This document shows positions 50,696 to 59,735 of a DNA stretch of 64,000 bases, piece after piece. Both the position numbers and the translations under genes were made by a program. The stretch is from Eubacteriales bacterium. Lineage in GTDB: Bacteria > Bacillota > Clostridia > Oscillospirales > CAG-272. Under the pieces are notes generated by a model. It had not been told where the DNA came from, ran no database searches, and saw nothing but the letters and a program-made list of their open reading frames with translations. The stretch is from positions 85,108-149,107 of the forward strand of contig JAZQHC010000045.1 of NCBI GenBank assembly GCA_045540335.1, written 5' to 3'. Positions within the stretch are counted from its first letter, which is position 1, and every line of letters starts with the position of its first letter.

Positions 50696-50696
50696 T

Positions 50697-51053
50697 ATGC
50701 TAAAATTTATATGTTATCCAAAATGCACTACGTGCCAAAAGGCGCAAAAATGGTTAGATAATCACAATTTAGAATACGAATTAAGGGATATAAAAGTAGA
50801 TACACCCACATTTGAAGAGCTTTCCGTCTGGACTGCAAAAAGCGGAATATCTACCAAAAAATTTTTCAATACAAGCGGTATTATTTACAGAGATTTGAAT
50901 TTAAAGGATAATCTTGGAAAAATGCAAAATGAAGAAATGCTTCGTCTTCTTTCAAGTAATGGCATGCTCGTAAAACGTCCTTTGTTGGTTGGAGAGGATT
51001 TTGTTCTCGTTGGATTTAAGGAATCAGAGTGGGAAAGCAAAATCTGTAAATAA
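50697..51053 (+). CDS. ArsC/Spx-family (YffB-like) thioredoxin-fold protein
   Basis: The 118-aa product has the N-terminal CxxC motif YPKCTTCQKAQKWL. Confidence 0.55.
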   Translation: MLKFICYPKCTTCQKAQKWLDNHNLEYELRDIKVDTPTFEELSVWTAKSGISTKKFFNTSGIIYRDLNLKDNLGKMQNEEMLRLLSSNGMLVKRPLLVGEDFVLVGFKESEWESKICK

Positions 51054-51132
51054 TTTGTCGCTTTTAAAGCGACCAAACCTCTCTTTTCATGGTGTATAAT
51101 CAAAGCATCAAAGGAAAGAGAGGATTTTATTT

Positions 51133-51789
51133 ATGAAAAACAACGTAACAGAGCTTGTATTTATTTTAGACAGAAGCGGATCTATGTCGGGGCTGGAAAA
51201 GGATACCATAGGTGGTTTCAATGCTATGATAGAAAAGCAGAAAAAGCAAAACGGAACGTGCTATGTATCAACCGTTTTATTCGATCACGAAAGCTTTGTC
51301 TTACACGATAGAGTGGAACTTTCGGAAATACCGAATATGACACAAGAAGATTATACAGTTCGCGGCTCTACGGCACTTGTTGATGCGATTGGCGGTGCTA
51401 TCCGCCATATAAGAAATATTCACAAATATGCACGAAAAGAAGATGTTCCCGAAAACACAATTTTTATTATCACAACTGATGGAATGGAAAATTCAAGCCA
51501 TCGTTATACAAGCCGCGAGGTTAAAAAAATAATCGAGCATCAGAAGGAAAAATACGGTTGGGAATTTTTATTTATCGGTGCTAATATTGATGCCGTGCAG
51601 ACCGCATCGCATTATGGAATCAGCAACGATAGGGCTGTAAATTACAATGCTGACAGCCGCGGTACGCGCCTTGTATATGAAACACTGGCGAAAACCGTTT
51701 GTAAAGTGCGTTCTTCAGAACCCTTGCAAGAAACCTGGAAAGACGAAATAAACGACGATTATATAAAACGTAGCAAAAAACAGGAATAA
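51133..51789 (+). CDS. Small (218-aa) von Willebrand factor type A domain protein
   Basis: It has the MIDAS motif DRSGSMSG, and T and D residues in the expected positions (TALVDAIG, ITTDGMEN). Confidence 0.7.
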   Translation: MKNNVTELVFILDRSGSMSGLEKDTIGGFNAMIEKQKKQNGTCYVSTVLFDHESFVLHDRVELSEIPNMTQEDYTVRGSTALVDAIGGAIRHIRNIHKYARKEDVPENTIFIITTDGMENSSHRYTSREVKKIIEHQKEKYGWEFLFIGANIDAVQTASHYGISNDRAVNYNADSRGTRLVYETLAKTVCKVRSSEPLQETWKDEINDDYIKRSKKQE

Positions 51790-51816
51790 TTTTTTTATAA
51801 AAAGAATTTCTATCAT

Positions 51817-51850
51817 AAAAAGCCGTTTTTTCTTACGGCTTTTTATTTGT
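51817..51850 (+). terminator. Intrinsic terminator after the vWA gene
   Basis: The sequence is aaaaaGCCGTtttttcttACGGCtttttatttgttt. Confidence 0.75.
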
Positions 51851-51901
51851 TTCGGAATGGTTTATATTTTTAATCGAAAAATATCAAATCTTATAAAAGG
51901 A

Positions 51902-51930
51902 TTGACAAAACAAGTTAAACTATTTATAAT
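51902..51930 (+). promoter_or_regulatory. Perfect sigma-A consensus promoter (TTGACA-17-TATAAT) upstream of cotH
   Basis: ttgaca is at 51902-51907, the spacer is 17 nt, and tataat is at 51925-51930. Confidence 0.65.
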
Positions 51931-51999
51931 GTAATTAACTACTTACTGATTATCAAGCTACACCTTTGTGTATGTAAAACATAAATATGGAGGATTTTT

Positions 52000-53883
52000 G
52001 TGGCAATTATAAAGAAATATATATTTTGGGCACTTTGTACCATTGTTTTTGTGTTGATATTATTTTTAGGGTTCAAAATGCGCGAGGACACGCTTCCGAG
52101 TTTTTGCATAAATACTGAATTCGGCACAGAAAAAATTGAAATATTCGATGATAAAAACGGTAACTACTATCTATTCATTCCTGCATATGCTGATCTTAAA
52201 CAGATATCCGTTTTTTGTGACGAAAACCATACTTTCGCTTTAGAAAATATCATTTTATCTAATGAAATGCTGTGTGATGATTTCGAATTAAATAAGCCGT
52301 ATATTTTCAAAAGAGACAACGAACACTTGGCAACATTTTGGTTTTATAAATCTTCTAATATTGCAACTATGTATATTGAAACCGTATCGGGCGATATGGA
52401 TTACATCCATGAAAACAAAGATCATGAAGAAACAGTTTCGGTTACTTTATATACATCAGACGGAAGCGTCAAATACCATAACGATTACAGTACTTTAAAG
52501 GGACGCGGAAATGCCACTTGGAATTTTGATAAGCGCCCGTATTCATTAACGTTACCTGCAAAAGCCGATCTGCTTGGTATGGGCAGTTCAGATGCTTGGG
52601 TTCTTTTATCAAATTCACTTGACGAAACTAATCTTAACAACTACTTGGTCTATAATCTCGCTGCGAATGTTGGTCTCGGTTGGACACCGGAATGTGATTG
52701 GATTGATCTATATTTAAACGGAGAATATAGCGGATTATATCTGCTTACTGAAAAAATAGATATCGAAAGCAGTAAATTAAACTTAAATACCGTTGCCGGA
52801 GATTTTTTGTGTAAAATCGATATTCAAGGTCGTTGGGAATCTATACGGAATCCGTTTTTAACCGATGCAGGACGTACCGTTGAAATCAGTTTTCCGCAGG
52901 CGCTTACGCAGTCGGATTATTCAAGAATAATTGAACACGTAAATCAAATGGAAAAAACGATTTTAACTTTCGAAAACTTAAATGAAGAACCGATAATTGA
53001 TTTAGATACGTGGATTTGCAGATATTTGATTGACGAAATTTCCGGAAATGTCGATTCAGATCTTACAAGCAGCTATTTCTATTTTTCTGATGGAGTATTT
53101 TACGCCGGTCCTGTTTGGGATTATGACGTTTCGTTAGGAAACAGCATGCGAAACAGAGATCCTTATTCTTTTGTAGCAAAAAATGCACAAAAATCGCAAA
53201 CCTACATTTCCCTATATTATCCGTCGCTTTATAAGAATAATTTCTTTTATGATCGTATGATTCTAATTTATCGTACAGTCTTTTTACCGCAAGTAGAAAA
53301 AATAATCGAATTTGAAATAGACGAATTATCTGCACATATAAGTAATGCTGCCGAAATGAACAGTATCCGCTGGGATTCGATGTACGACGAAAATCAGACT
53401 TTAACCTCAAATAACAACACGGTGCGCAGTTGTGATGAGTTGAAAAAATACTTGCGAAAGAGACTTGATTTTTTAAATAGCGCGTGGTTAGACGGCAAGG
53501 ATTTCTGTACCATACAGTTTGAACATACCGCTAATCAACCATACTGGTGTACTTCAGTAGAATCGGGTACATGTTTGCAAAACATGTACGAAGATATTAA
53601 ATCTATCACTTGGCTTGATTCTTTAACGGGTGAAATATTCGATTTCAGCAAGCCGATCACTAAAGACATGCTCCTGGTTGCCAAACATACTCCAACTGAT
53701 AGTACTGCCGCGCCGGGATATTCAAGCTTTACATTCGCGACGCGCGATTACATAGTAATTTTTTCTTCTGCAGTTTTATTTATTTTACTATTTGTTTTTG
53801 CATTCTTCGATATCAGACATAGATATAAAGAAAGGAGGAATGTTGATGAATGTAAACGAACAAAAATATCGTCACGAGATTAA
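52000..53883 (+). CDS. cotH: CotH-family atypical protein kinase (spore-coat protein H family), membrane anchored
   Basis: It has an N-terminal transmembrane segment. The CotH-domain motif is AGPVWDYDVSLGN. It shows the classic association with the downstream VTC and DUF4956 genes. It uses a GTG start with a GGAGGA RBS. Confidence 0.65.
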   Translation: MAIIKKYIFWALCTIVFVLILFLGFKMREDTLPSFCINTEFGTEKIEIFDDKNGNYYLFIPAYADLKQISVFCDENHTFALENIILSNEMLCDDFELNKPYIFKRDNEHLATFWFYKSSNIATMYIETVSGDMDYIHENKDHEETVSVTLYTSDGSVKYHNDYSTLKGRGNATWNFDKRPYSLTLPAKADLLGMGSSDAWVLLSNSLDETNLNNYLVYNLAANVGLGWTPECDWIDLYLNGEYSGLYLLTEKIDIESSKLNLNTVAGDFLCKIDIQGRWESIRNPFLTDAGRTVEISFPQALTQSDYSRIIEHVNQMEKTILTFENLNEEPIIDLDTWICRYLIDEISGNVDSDLTSSYFYFSDGVFYAGPVWDYDVSLGNSMRNRDPYSFVAKNAQKSQTYISLYYPSLYKNNFFYDRMILIYRTVFLPQVEKIIEFEIDELSAHISNAAEMNSIRWDSMYDENQTLTSNNNTVRSCDELKKYLRKRLDFLNSAWLDGKDFCTIQFEHTANQPYWCTSVESGTCLQNMYEDIKSITWLDSLTGEIFDFSKPITKDMLLVAKHTPTDSTAAPGYSSFTFATRDYIVIFSSAVLFILLFVFAFFDIRHRYKERRNVDECKRTKISSRD

Positions 53884-54571
53884 ATATTTGGTTAGTACAG
53901 CTCAAATTCCCCTTTTGGAAAGCAGGATTAAATGTTTGATGTCGCGCGATTCACACACCGGACCTAACGGGATATACAATATACGCAGCTTATATTTCGA
54001 TGATTACGATAATAGCTGTTTTTACGAAAACGAAAATGGAACCGACCCCAGAGAAAAGTTTCGAATAAGAATTTATAATCATTCAGACAAGCGAATTTCC
54101 TTGGAATGCAAAAGGAAAATATGCGGAAAAACGCAAAAGGATTCTTGCATTCTCTCTTTGCAGGAAGCACAAGGGTTGATACATGGAAAACCTTTGTTGC
54201 CGACGGAATCAACGCCGATACTTCTAAGGCGATTTTTGATAGAAATGAAAACGCGTTATTTTCGCCCCGCTGTTATAGTTGAATACGAACGCATTCCATA
54301 CATTTACAAAAACGGCAATGTTCGCGTTACGTTTGATACAAAAATTTCTTCTTCATCAAATGTAAATGATTTTTTTGAAGATGCGTTACCTAAAAGACCG
54401 ATCATGCCATCAGGACAGCATTTGATGGAAGTAAAATTCGATGAATATCTTCCGGATTTCATTTACAGAAGTCTTAATTTAGGAAAACTTCAGCAAACAA
54501 CTTATTCAAAATATTACTTGTGCAGAAAATATGCATTAAATAAAGGAGAAGCCAATAATGTCTTTTTATGA
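53846..54571 (+). CDS. VTC-domain (CYTH-like, polyphosphate-polymerase-like) protein
   Basis: The protein family is conserved immediately downstream of cotH in Clostridia. The start was chosen at the ATG after the AAAGGAGG RBS; the track begins upstream at 53792. Confidence 0.6.
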   Translation: MNVNEQKYRHEIKYLVSTAQIPLLESRIKCLMSRDSHTGPNGIYNIRSLYFDDYDNSCFYENENGTDPREKFRIRIYNHSDKRISLECKRKICGKTQKDSCILSLQEAQGLIHGKPLLPTESTPILLRRFLIEMKTRYFRPAVIVEYERIPYIYKNGNVRVTFDTKISSSSNVNDFFEDALPKRPIMPSGQHLMEVKFDEYLPDFIYRSLNLGKLQQTTYSKYYLCRKYALNKGEANNVFL

Positions 54572-55232
54572 TATTTTCAAAAAATCTTTTTTAGAAGGAT
54601 TTGAATCTACTGATATTAACGTTTATACTGCTGCAGCAGCAATGATGATTACGTGTGTACTCGCACTATACATCTTCACTATTTACCGTGTGTTAACGAG
54701 AAAAACATTTTATTCAAAAAGCTTCAATATTTCTTTGGCGGGAATTGCACTTATAACTTGCGGAATAATTCTTACTATTCAATCAAGTCTTGTGGTTTCT
54801 CTCGGTATGGTAGGTGCATTATCTATCGTTCGATTCAGAACTGCTATAAAAGATCCCATGGATTTAATGTTCTTATTCTGGTCTATTGCCGTCGGCATTA
54901 TTTGCGGTGTAGGCATGGCTGAAATCGCTGTTATGCTTAGTGTTGTACTGACGTTAGGTGTTCTTTTGCTTAATCAACTGCCAGTAGCAAAAGCACCGTT
55001 GATTTTGGTTGTAAATGCAAAAGATATAAATGCCGAATGTGATATCATGCTTGTTGTAAAAAAATACGCAAAATCACCTGCAATAAAATCAAGAAATATG
55101 ACTAAAGATAATCTCGATATTATTGTAGAATTACGCACAAGCGAAGGAAGCAATTTGATTAAGGATATCCTGGATCTGCAATCGGTATCTTCGGCATCTT
55201 TAATGTCACACGACGGCGAAGTTACATTTTAA
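54558..55232 (+). CDS. DUF4956-like membrane protein, third member of the CotH-VTC-DUF4956 trio
   Basis: It has four to five transmembrane segments, overlaps the VTC stop by 14 nt, and keeps the usual gene order. Confidence 0.55.
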   Translation: MSFYDIFKKSFLEGFESTDINVYTAAAAMMITCVLALYIFTIYRVLTRKTFYSKSFNISLAGIALITCGIILTIQSSLVVSLGMVGALSIVRFRTAIKDPMDLMFLFWSIAVGIICGVGMAEIAVMLSVVLTLGVLLLNQLPVAKAPLILVVNAKDINAECDIMLVVKKYAKSPAIKSRNMTKDNLDIIVELRTSEGSNLIKDILDLQSVSSASLMSHDGEVTF

Positions 55233-55304
55233 TTTAAAAATTACATACAAAGAAAAATCTGATATAATCAAAAAGAGTATATCCATTTTTTTACAGGAGG
55301 AAAT

Positions 55305-58300
55305 ATGAATTTTAAGAAATCTTTGTCAATTTTTATTTCGGCGGCGATGCTTTTTTCGCCAATCACATCTGTATATGCTTACGATGGTGAAAATACAACT
55401 ATAATAACGCACGAAATAACAAAAGTAAATGCATCATCAGGCACACTTGATAATAATATATCTTGGACTCTTGATGATAACGGTACACTTACAATAAGCG
55501 GAAATGGTGCTATTGCAGAAGGGGCATTTAGTGACTTGTATGATTTCACTGAATCATCCTCTATCAAAAAAGTAATAATCAAGAATGGAGTTACAGGTAT
55601 AGGCGATAGTGCCTTTTATGAATGCTCAAGCCTTACTTCCATTTCAATTCCCGCCAGCGTTACAAGTATAGCAGATTACGTATTTTCCGGTTGCTTTAAT
55701 CTTGCGACAATAACAGTAAATGCAAATAACAAACACTATTCAAGTGATGAACACGGTGTACTTTTTAACAAAAATAAAACGAACCTTGTTCAATACCCGA
55801 CGGGTAACACAAGAGTGTCATATACCATACCCAGCAGTGTTACAAAAATAGACGATTGGGCATTTTCGTATTGCTCAAATCTTACATCGGTGACAATTTC
55901 CGAGGGCGTTGCAAGCATAGGAAATTACGCATTTTACGAGTGTTCAGCTCTTACGTCCATTTCCCTTCCCGGAAGTATTACCAACGTGGGAGACAGTGCG
56001 TTTGAGTATTGTTCAAGACTTACGACAGTTGCGATATCCTCCGGTGTTGCAAGTATAGGCGATTGTGCATTTTATAACTGTTCTGCTCTTGAAAAAATAA
56101 CCGTTGACGAAAGCAATAAAAATTATTCCAGCGATGAGTACGGCGCCCTTTGGGATAAAAACAAAACCAAACTTATCCAATATCCTATTGGTAGCGGAAA
56201 AACGTCATACTCTATTCCCGAAAGCGCTACGGAAATAGCTGATTCCGCATTCAACGGTTGCTACGTGCTTACAGATATATTTTACGGCGGAAATGAAGAC
56301 GATTGGTCTGATATATACATAGGATTCGGAAACGACCAGCTTTATAACGTTACAGTACATTTTGGTCAAGAAACCTGCCCGCATGTTTATAGTGATTGGA
56401 TAACGGATATTGAATTTAAATGTGAAACAGGCGGCAAAAAACACAAGGAGTGTTCGATATGCGGTGATGTCGTAACAGAAGTTTCACCCGCCGTCAGTCA
56501 CTCATTCAGCGAATGGACAACCAATGCTTCAGGAGAATACGAAAGGCTGTGCTCTGCTTGCGGATATAAGCAAGTCAGACCGTTTTCTGTAGTATCCTCC
56601 GGTATATGCGGCAATACACTCACATGGACTCTTGATGTTAAAGGTACACTAACAATAAGCGGAATTGGCAATATAAACGAAGGTGCATTTAGCTTTTTGT
56701 ATGATTTTGCTGAATCATCTTCAATTAAAAATCTCGTAATTGAAGATGGAATTACAGGCATAGGAAATTATGCATTTTACGAATGCTCAAATATTGCTTC
56801 AATTACTATCTCAAGCAGTGTTAAAAGTATAGGCGATCATGCTTTTTCCGACTGTTCAAGCCTCGCATCGGTTATAATTCCCGACAGTGTTGTGACAATA
56901 GGCGGTTCTGCGTTTTCCGGTTGTTCAAGCCTTAAATCACTTACAATAGGTAATGGTGTTACAAATATAGATAGCTCTGCATTTTCCGGTTGCTCTGCAC
57001 TTACGTCTGCAAAAATGGGCAACAAAGTTGCAAGTATAGGCAGTTCAGTATTCTTTGGTTGCTCAAGCCTTACTTCAATTACGATTCCGGATAGTGTTAC
57101 AACTATAGGCGACAGTGCATTTAACGGCTGTTCAAGCATTACATCAATTGTAATTCCCCATAATGTTACAACTATAGGCGAGTGGGCGTTTTTTAACTGT
57201 TCCAACCTTGAAAGAATAACAGTTGACGAAAACAACAAATATTACTCCAACGATGAATACGGCGTACTTTTCAATAAAAATAAAACAACACTTATTAAGT
57301 ACCCTGAAAAAAATACACAAACGGTATATACAATTCCCGATGGAGTCGTAAGTGTATCCGCTTCCGCATTTCAATATTCTTTAAATCTTAAATCTGTTAT
57401 CATTCCCAACAGCGTTACAAGTATAGGTAATAGTGCGTTTGAATACTGTTCAAGTCTTACATCTGTAACAATTCCAAATAGTGTAACGAATATAGGCGCA
57501 GGTGTATTTATCGGTTGTTCAAGTCTTGCCAAAATAACAGTAGATGGTGATAATAAATATTACTCAAGCGATGGACAAGGTGTACTTTTTAATAAAAATA
57601 AAACAATGCTTATTCAATATCCTATAGGTAACACAAAAACGTCATATGATGTTCCCGGCGGCGTTTCTGATATAGGCGAGTGGGCATTCCAATATTGTTC
57701 AAGTCTTACTTATATTTCTTTGCCAAATAGTGTAAATAATATATCCTCCTACGCATTTTGGAACTGCAAAAACATTACGGAAGTTCGCTATGACGGTATA
57801 GAAGATGAATGGAACAGAATTGAAATAGCAGACGGCAACGATGATCTTTTAGCTGCAACAGTTACATATGTTCCTACCGAAACAAAAGAGGTTGGCTTAA
57901 GCTTTCTTACAGAACCTCAGAAAACTGTATATACATACGGAGAAGATCTTTCTCTCAACGGCGCGGTGATTGTAGTAATGTATTCCGATGGAAGCTATAC
58001 CGAGATTAAAGATTACACCGTAACAGGGTACGATAAATATAGCTTTGGTGTGCAAAATGTTTACATTACTCGCGGTGATTTTTCACTTGAATTTAAAGTA
58101 TCCATCGTTCCCGCTGAAGCAACTTCGGTAACAGAGCCTATAAACGAAGGAACAACTGTTAGAGAGTTGTCTGCTTTATATCCCTCTTATACACTCTTTG
58201 TATTTAACAATGACAAAGCAACTTTGCTTACAGACAGTGCAATTTTGAAAACAGGCTGTATCATTCAACTTGTTAGCGACAATTCCTTGATTGACAGTAT

Positions 58301-58478
58301 CGCGGTAAACATTGCCGGCGATGCAACGGGAGATGGCGTTGTTGATACAAAAGACTTAATAAGAATTAAAAAACAGATACTTCAAGGCAGCGCGGTTGAA
58401 TATATCGAATTTGTTGATGTTAATTGCGATGGTACGGTTGACGAAAAGGATATTGATACAATTTTAACAATGTTGTAA
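55305..58478 (+). CDS. Secreted BspA-type leucine-rich-repeat protein with a Cys-rich central insert, an Ig-like region and a C-terminal type-I dockerin
   Basis: It has a signal peptide. There are two blocks of about 23-aa LRRs (SAFxxCSSLTSITIPxSVTSIG). The dockerin is GDATGDGVVDTKDLIRIKKQIL...VDVNCDGTVDEKDIDTIL. Confidence 0.7.
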   Translation: MNFKKSLSIFISAAMLFSPITSVYAYDGENTTIITHEITKVNASSGTLDNNISWTLDDNGTLTISGNGAIAEGAFSDLYDFTESSSIKKVIIKNGVTGIGDSAFYECSSLTSISIPASVTSIADYVFSGCFNLATITVNANNKHYSSDEHGVLFNKNKTNLVQYPTGNTRVSYTIPSSVTKIDDWAFSYCSNLTSVTISEGVASIGNYAFYECSALTSISLPGSITNVGDSAFEYCSRLTTVAISSGVASIGDCAFYNCSALEKITVDESNKNYSSDEYGALWDKNKTKLIQYPIGSGKTSYSIPESATEIADSAFNGCYVLTDIFYGGNEDDWSDIYIGFGNDQLYNVTVHFGQETCPHVYSDWITDIEFKCETGGKKHKECSICGDVVTEVSPAVSHSFSEWTTNASGEYERLCSACGYKQVRPFSVVSSGICGNTLTWTLDVKGTLTISGIGNINEGAFSFLYDFAESSSIKNLVIEDGITGIGNYAFYECSNIASITISSSVKSIGDHAFSDCSSLASVIIPDSVVTIGGSAFSGCSSLKSLTIGNGVTNIDSSAFSGCSALTSAKMGNKVASIGSSVFFGCSSLTSITIPDSVTTIGDSAFNGCSSITSIVIPHNVTTIGEWAFFNCSNLERITVDENNKYYSNDEYGVLFNKNKTTLIKYPEKNTQTVYTIPDGVVSVSASAFQYSLNLKSVIIPNSVTSIGNSAFEYCSSLTSVTIPNSVTNIGAGVFIGCSSLAKITVDGDNKYYSSDGQGVLFNKNKTMLIQYPIGNTKTSYDVPGGVSDIGEWAFQYCSSLTYISLPNSVNNISSYAFWNCKNITEVRYDGIEDEWNRIEIADGNDDLLAATVTYVPTETKEVGLSFLTEPQKTVYTYGEDLSLNGAVIVVMYSDGSYTEIKDYTVTGYDKYSFGVQNVYITRGDFSLEFKVSIVPAEATSVTEPINEGTTVRELSALYPSYTLFVFNNDKATLLTDSAILKTGCIIQLVSDNSLIDSIAVNIAGDATGDGVVDTKDLIRIKKQILQGSAVEYIEFVDVNCDGTVDEKDIDTILTML

Positions 58479-58542
58479 TCCCAAAAATGTATTTCATAAT
58501 GTAAGTTATGCAATAATCATAACCACCGGCTAAGTGCAATAT

Positions 58543-58581
58543 TAAAATAAAGGTAGACACATAGGAAACCACTATGTATCT
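58543..58581 (+). terminator. Intrinsic terminator of the LRR/dockerin gene
   Basis: The sequence is GGTAGACACATAGgaaaccaCTATGTATCTACCttttt. Confidence 0.8.
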
Positions 58582-58622
58582 ACCTTTTTACGTGATATAA
58601 TAAAGAAAAGGAGTTGATAAGA

Positions 58623-58694
58623 ATGAAAAAAAGGCCAACAAAGAAGAACTTGGACAAAAGAAGAAAAATTAAAAATAATAAAAAGATATACTGA
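58623..58694 (+). CDS. Small ORF encoding a 23-aa highly basic peptide, MKKRPTKKNLDKRRKIKNNKKIY
   Basis: An AAGGAG RBS lies 8 nt upstream of the ATG. The ORF sits between the LRR terminator and the fic promoter. Confidence 0.25.
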   Translation: MKKRPTKKNLDKRRKIKNNKKIY

Positions 58695-58739
58695 CGAACA
58701 TATATCGGCAATAAATATTCGAAAATATTTAAAATTGTA

Positions 58740-58770
58740 TTGATATTTTGCCGATAACGTGGTATAATTG
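58740..58770 (+). promoter_or_regulatory. fic promoter (TTGCCG...TGgTATAAT extended -10). A 9-bp inverted repeat, TATCGGCAA / TTGCCGATA, spans its -35 region.
   Basis: The sequence is ttgccgataacgtggtataat. The inverted-repeat arms are at 58703-58711 and 58748-58756. Confidence 0.5.
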
Positions 58771-58798
58771 TTACAGGAAAACTTGTCAGGAGGTAGTT

Positions 58799-59683
58799 AT
58801 GGAATATATATCTGTCGCAAAAATGGCTGAAAAATGGGGGATTTCTGAACGTAGTGTGCGTAATTACTGCGCACAAGGCAGAATTACCGACGCCAAACTT
58901 ATCGGCAAAATATGGTACATCCCGGAGGATGCACAGAAGCCTGAGCGTGCGAACAAGAAAAAAGATGCATCTACATTGTTGCAGTTACTGCAGGAACAGA
59001 AAGCTTCTAAGATGACAGGTGGTATCTATCATAAAATTCAGATTGATTTGACATACAATTCAAACCATATTGAAGGTAGCCGTCTGACTCACGATCAGAC
59101 CAGATATATTTTTGAAACAAATACAATCGGTTTTGAAAATGAGGCTGTAAATGTTGATGATGTAGTCGAGACAGCCAACCATTTCAGATGCATTGATATT
59201 GTGATTGATCGAGCTGCTTCTGTACTGAAGGAAAAGCTCATCAAAGAATTGCATGCAGTTCTGAAAGCTTCAACCAGCGACAGTCGTAAAGATTGGTTTG
59301 CGGTAGGAGAGTATAAAAAGCTACCCAATGAAGTGGGAGGTAATACTACAACTCTCCCTGAGAATGTTTCTGATGAAATGTGCAAGTTATTGGCTGACTA
59401 CAATGCGATATCGGTTAAAACATTTGAAGATATTGTGGCTTTTCACGTGGCTTTTGAACGTATACATCCATTCCAGGACGGAAACGGACGTATAGGACGA
59501 TTGATTATGTTTAAGGAGTGTCTTAAGCACAATATCGTGCCGTTTATCATTGAAGATAATATGAAGTTATTCTATTATCGCGGTCTCAAAGAATGGGAAA
59601 GAGAGAAAGGTTACCTTATGGATACATGCTTTGCAGCTCAAGACCGCTTTAAATCATATTTAGATTATTTCAGAATTGCGTAG
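58799..59683 (+). CDS. fic: Fic-family protein (AMPylase fold) with an N-terminal HTH. It is class II, with an N-terminal inhibitory SxxxEG helix.
   Basis: The canonical Fic motif HPFQDGNGRIGR is present. The inhibitory motif SNHIEG lies upstream. The N-terminus MEYISVAKMAEKWGISERSVRNYC is an HTH. The start was chosen at the ATG at 58799, which has an AGGAGG RBS; the track TTG at 58748 lies upstream of the -10 element. Confidence 0.8.
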   Translation: MEYISVAKMAEKWGISERSVRNYCAQGRITDAKLIGKIWYIPEDAQKPERANKKKDASTLLQLLQEQKASKMTGGIYHKIQIDLTYNSNHIEGSRLTHDQTRYIFETNTIGFENEAVNVDDVVETANHFRCIDIVIDRAASVLKEKLIKELHAVLKASTSDSRKDWFAVGEYKKLPNEVGGNTTTLPENVSDEMCKLLADYNAISVKTFEDIVAFHVAFERIHPFQDGNGRIGRLIMFKECLKHNIVPFIIEDNMKLFYYRGLKEWEREKGYLMDTCFAAQDRFKSYLDYFRIA

Positions 59684-59735
59684 TGAATTATTATTTGTAA
59701 TTTATGATTTTGGGTAGCATAGTTATACAGATAAA

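Noticed and set aside
56837-57238. A minus-strand 133-aa ORF with an internally repetitive sequence
   Set aside because: It is antisense to the LRR repeats of the 55305-58478 gene. The periodic open frame comes from the tandem repeats.
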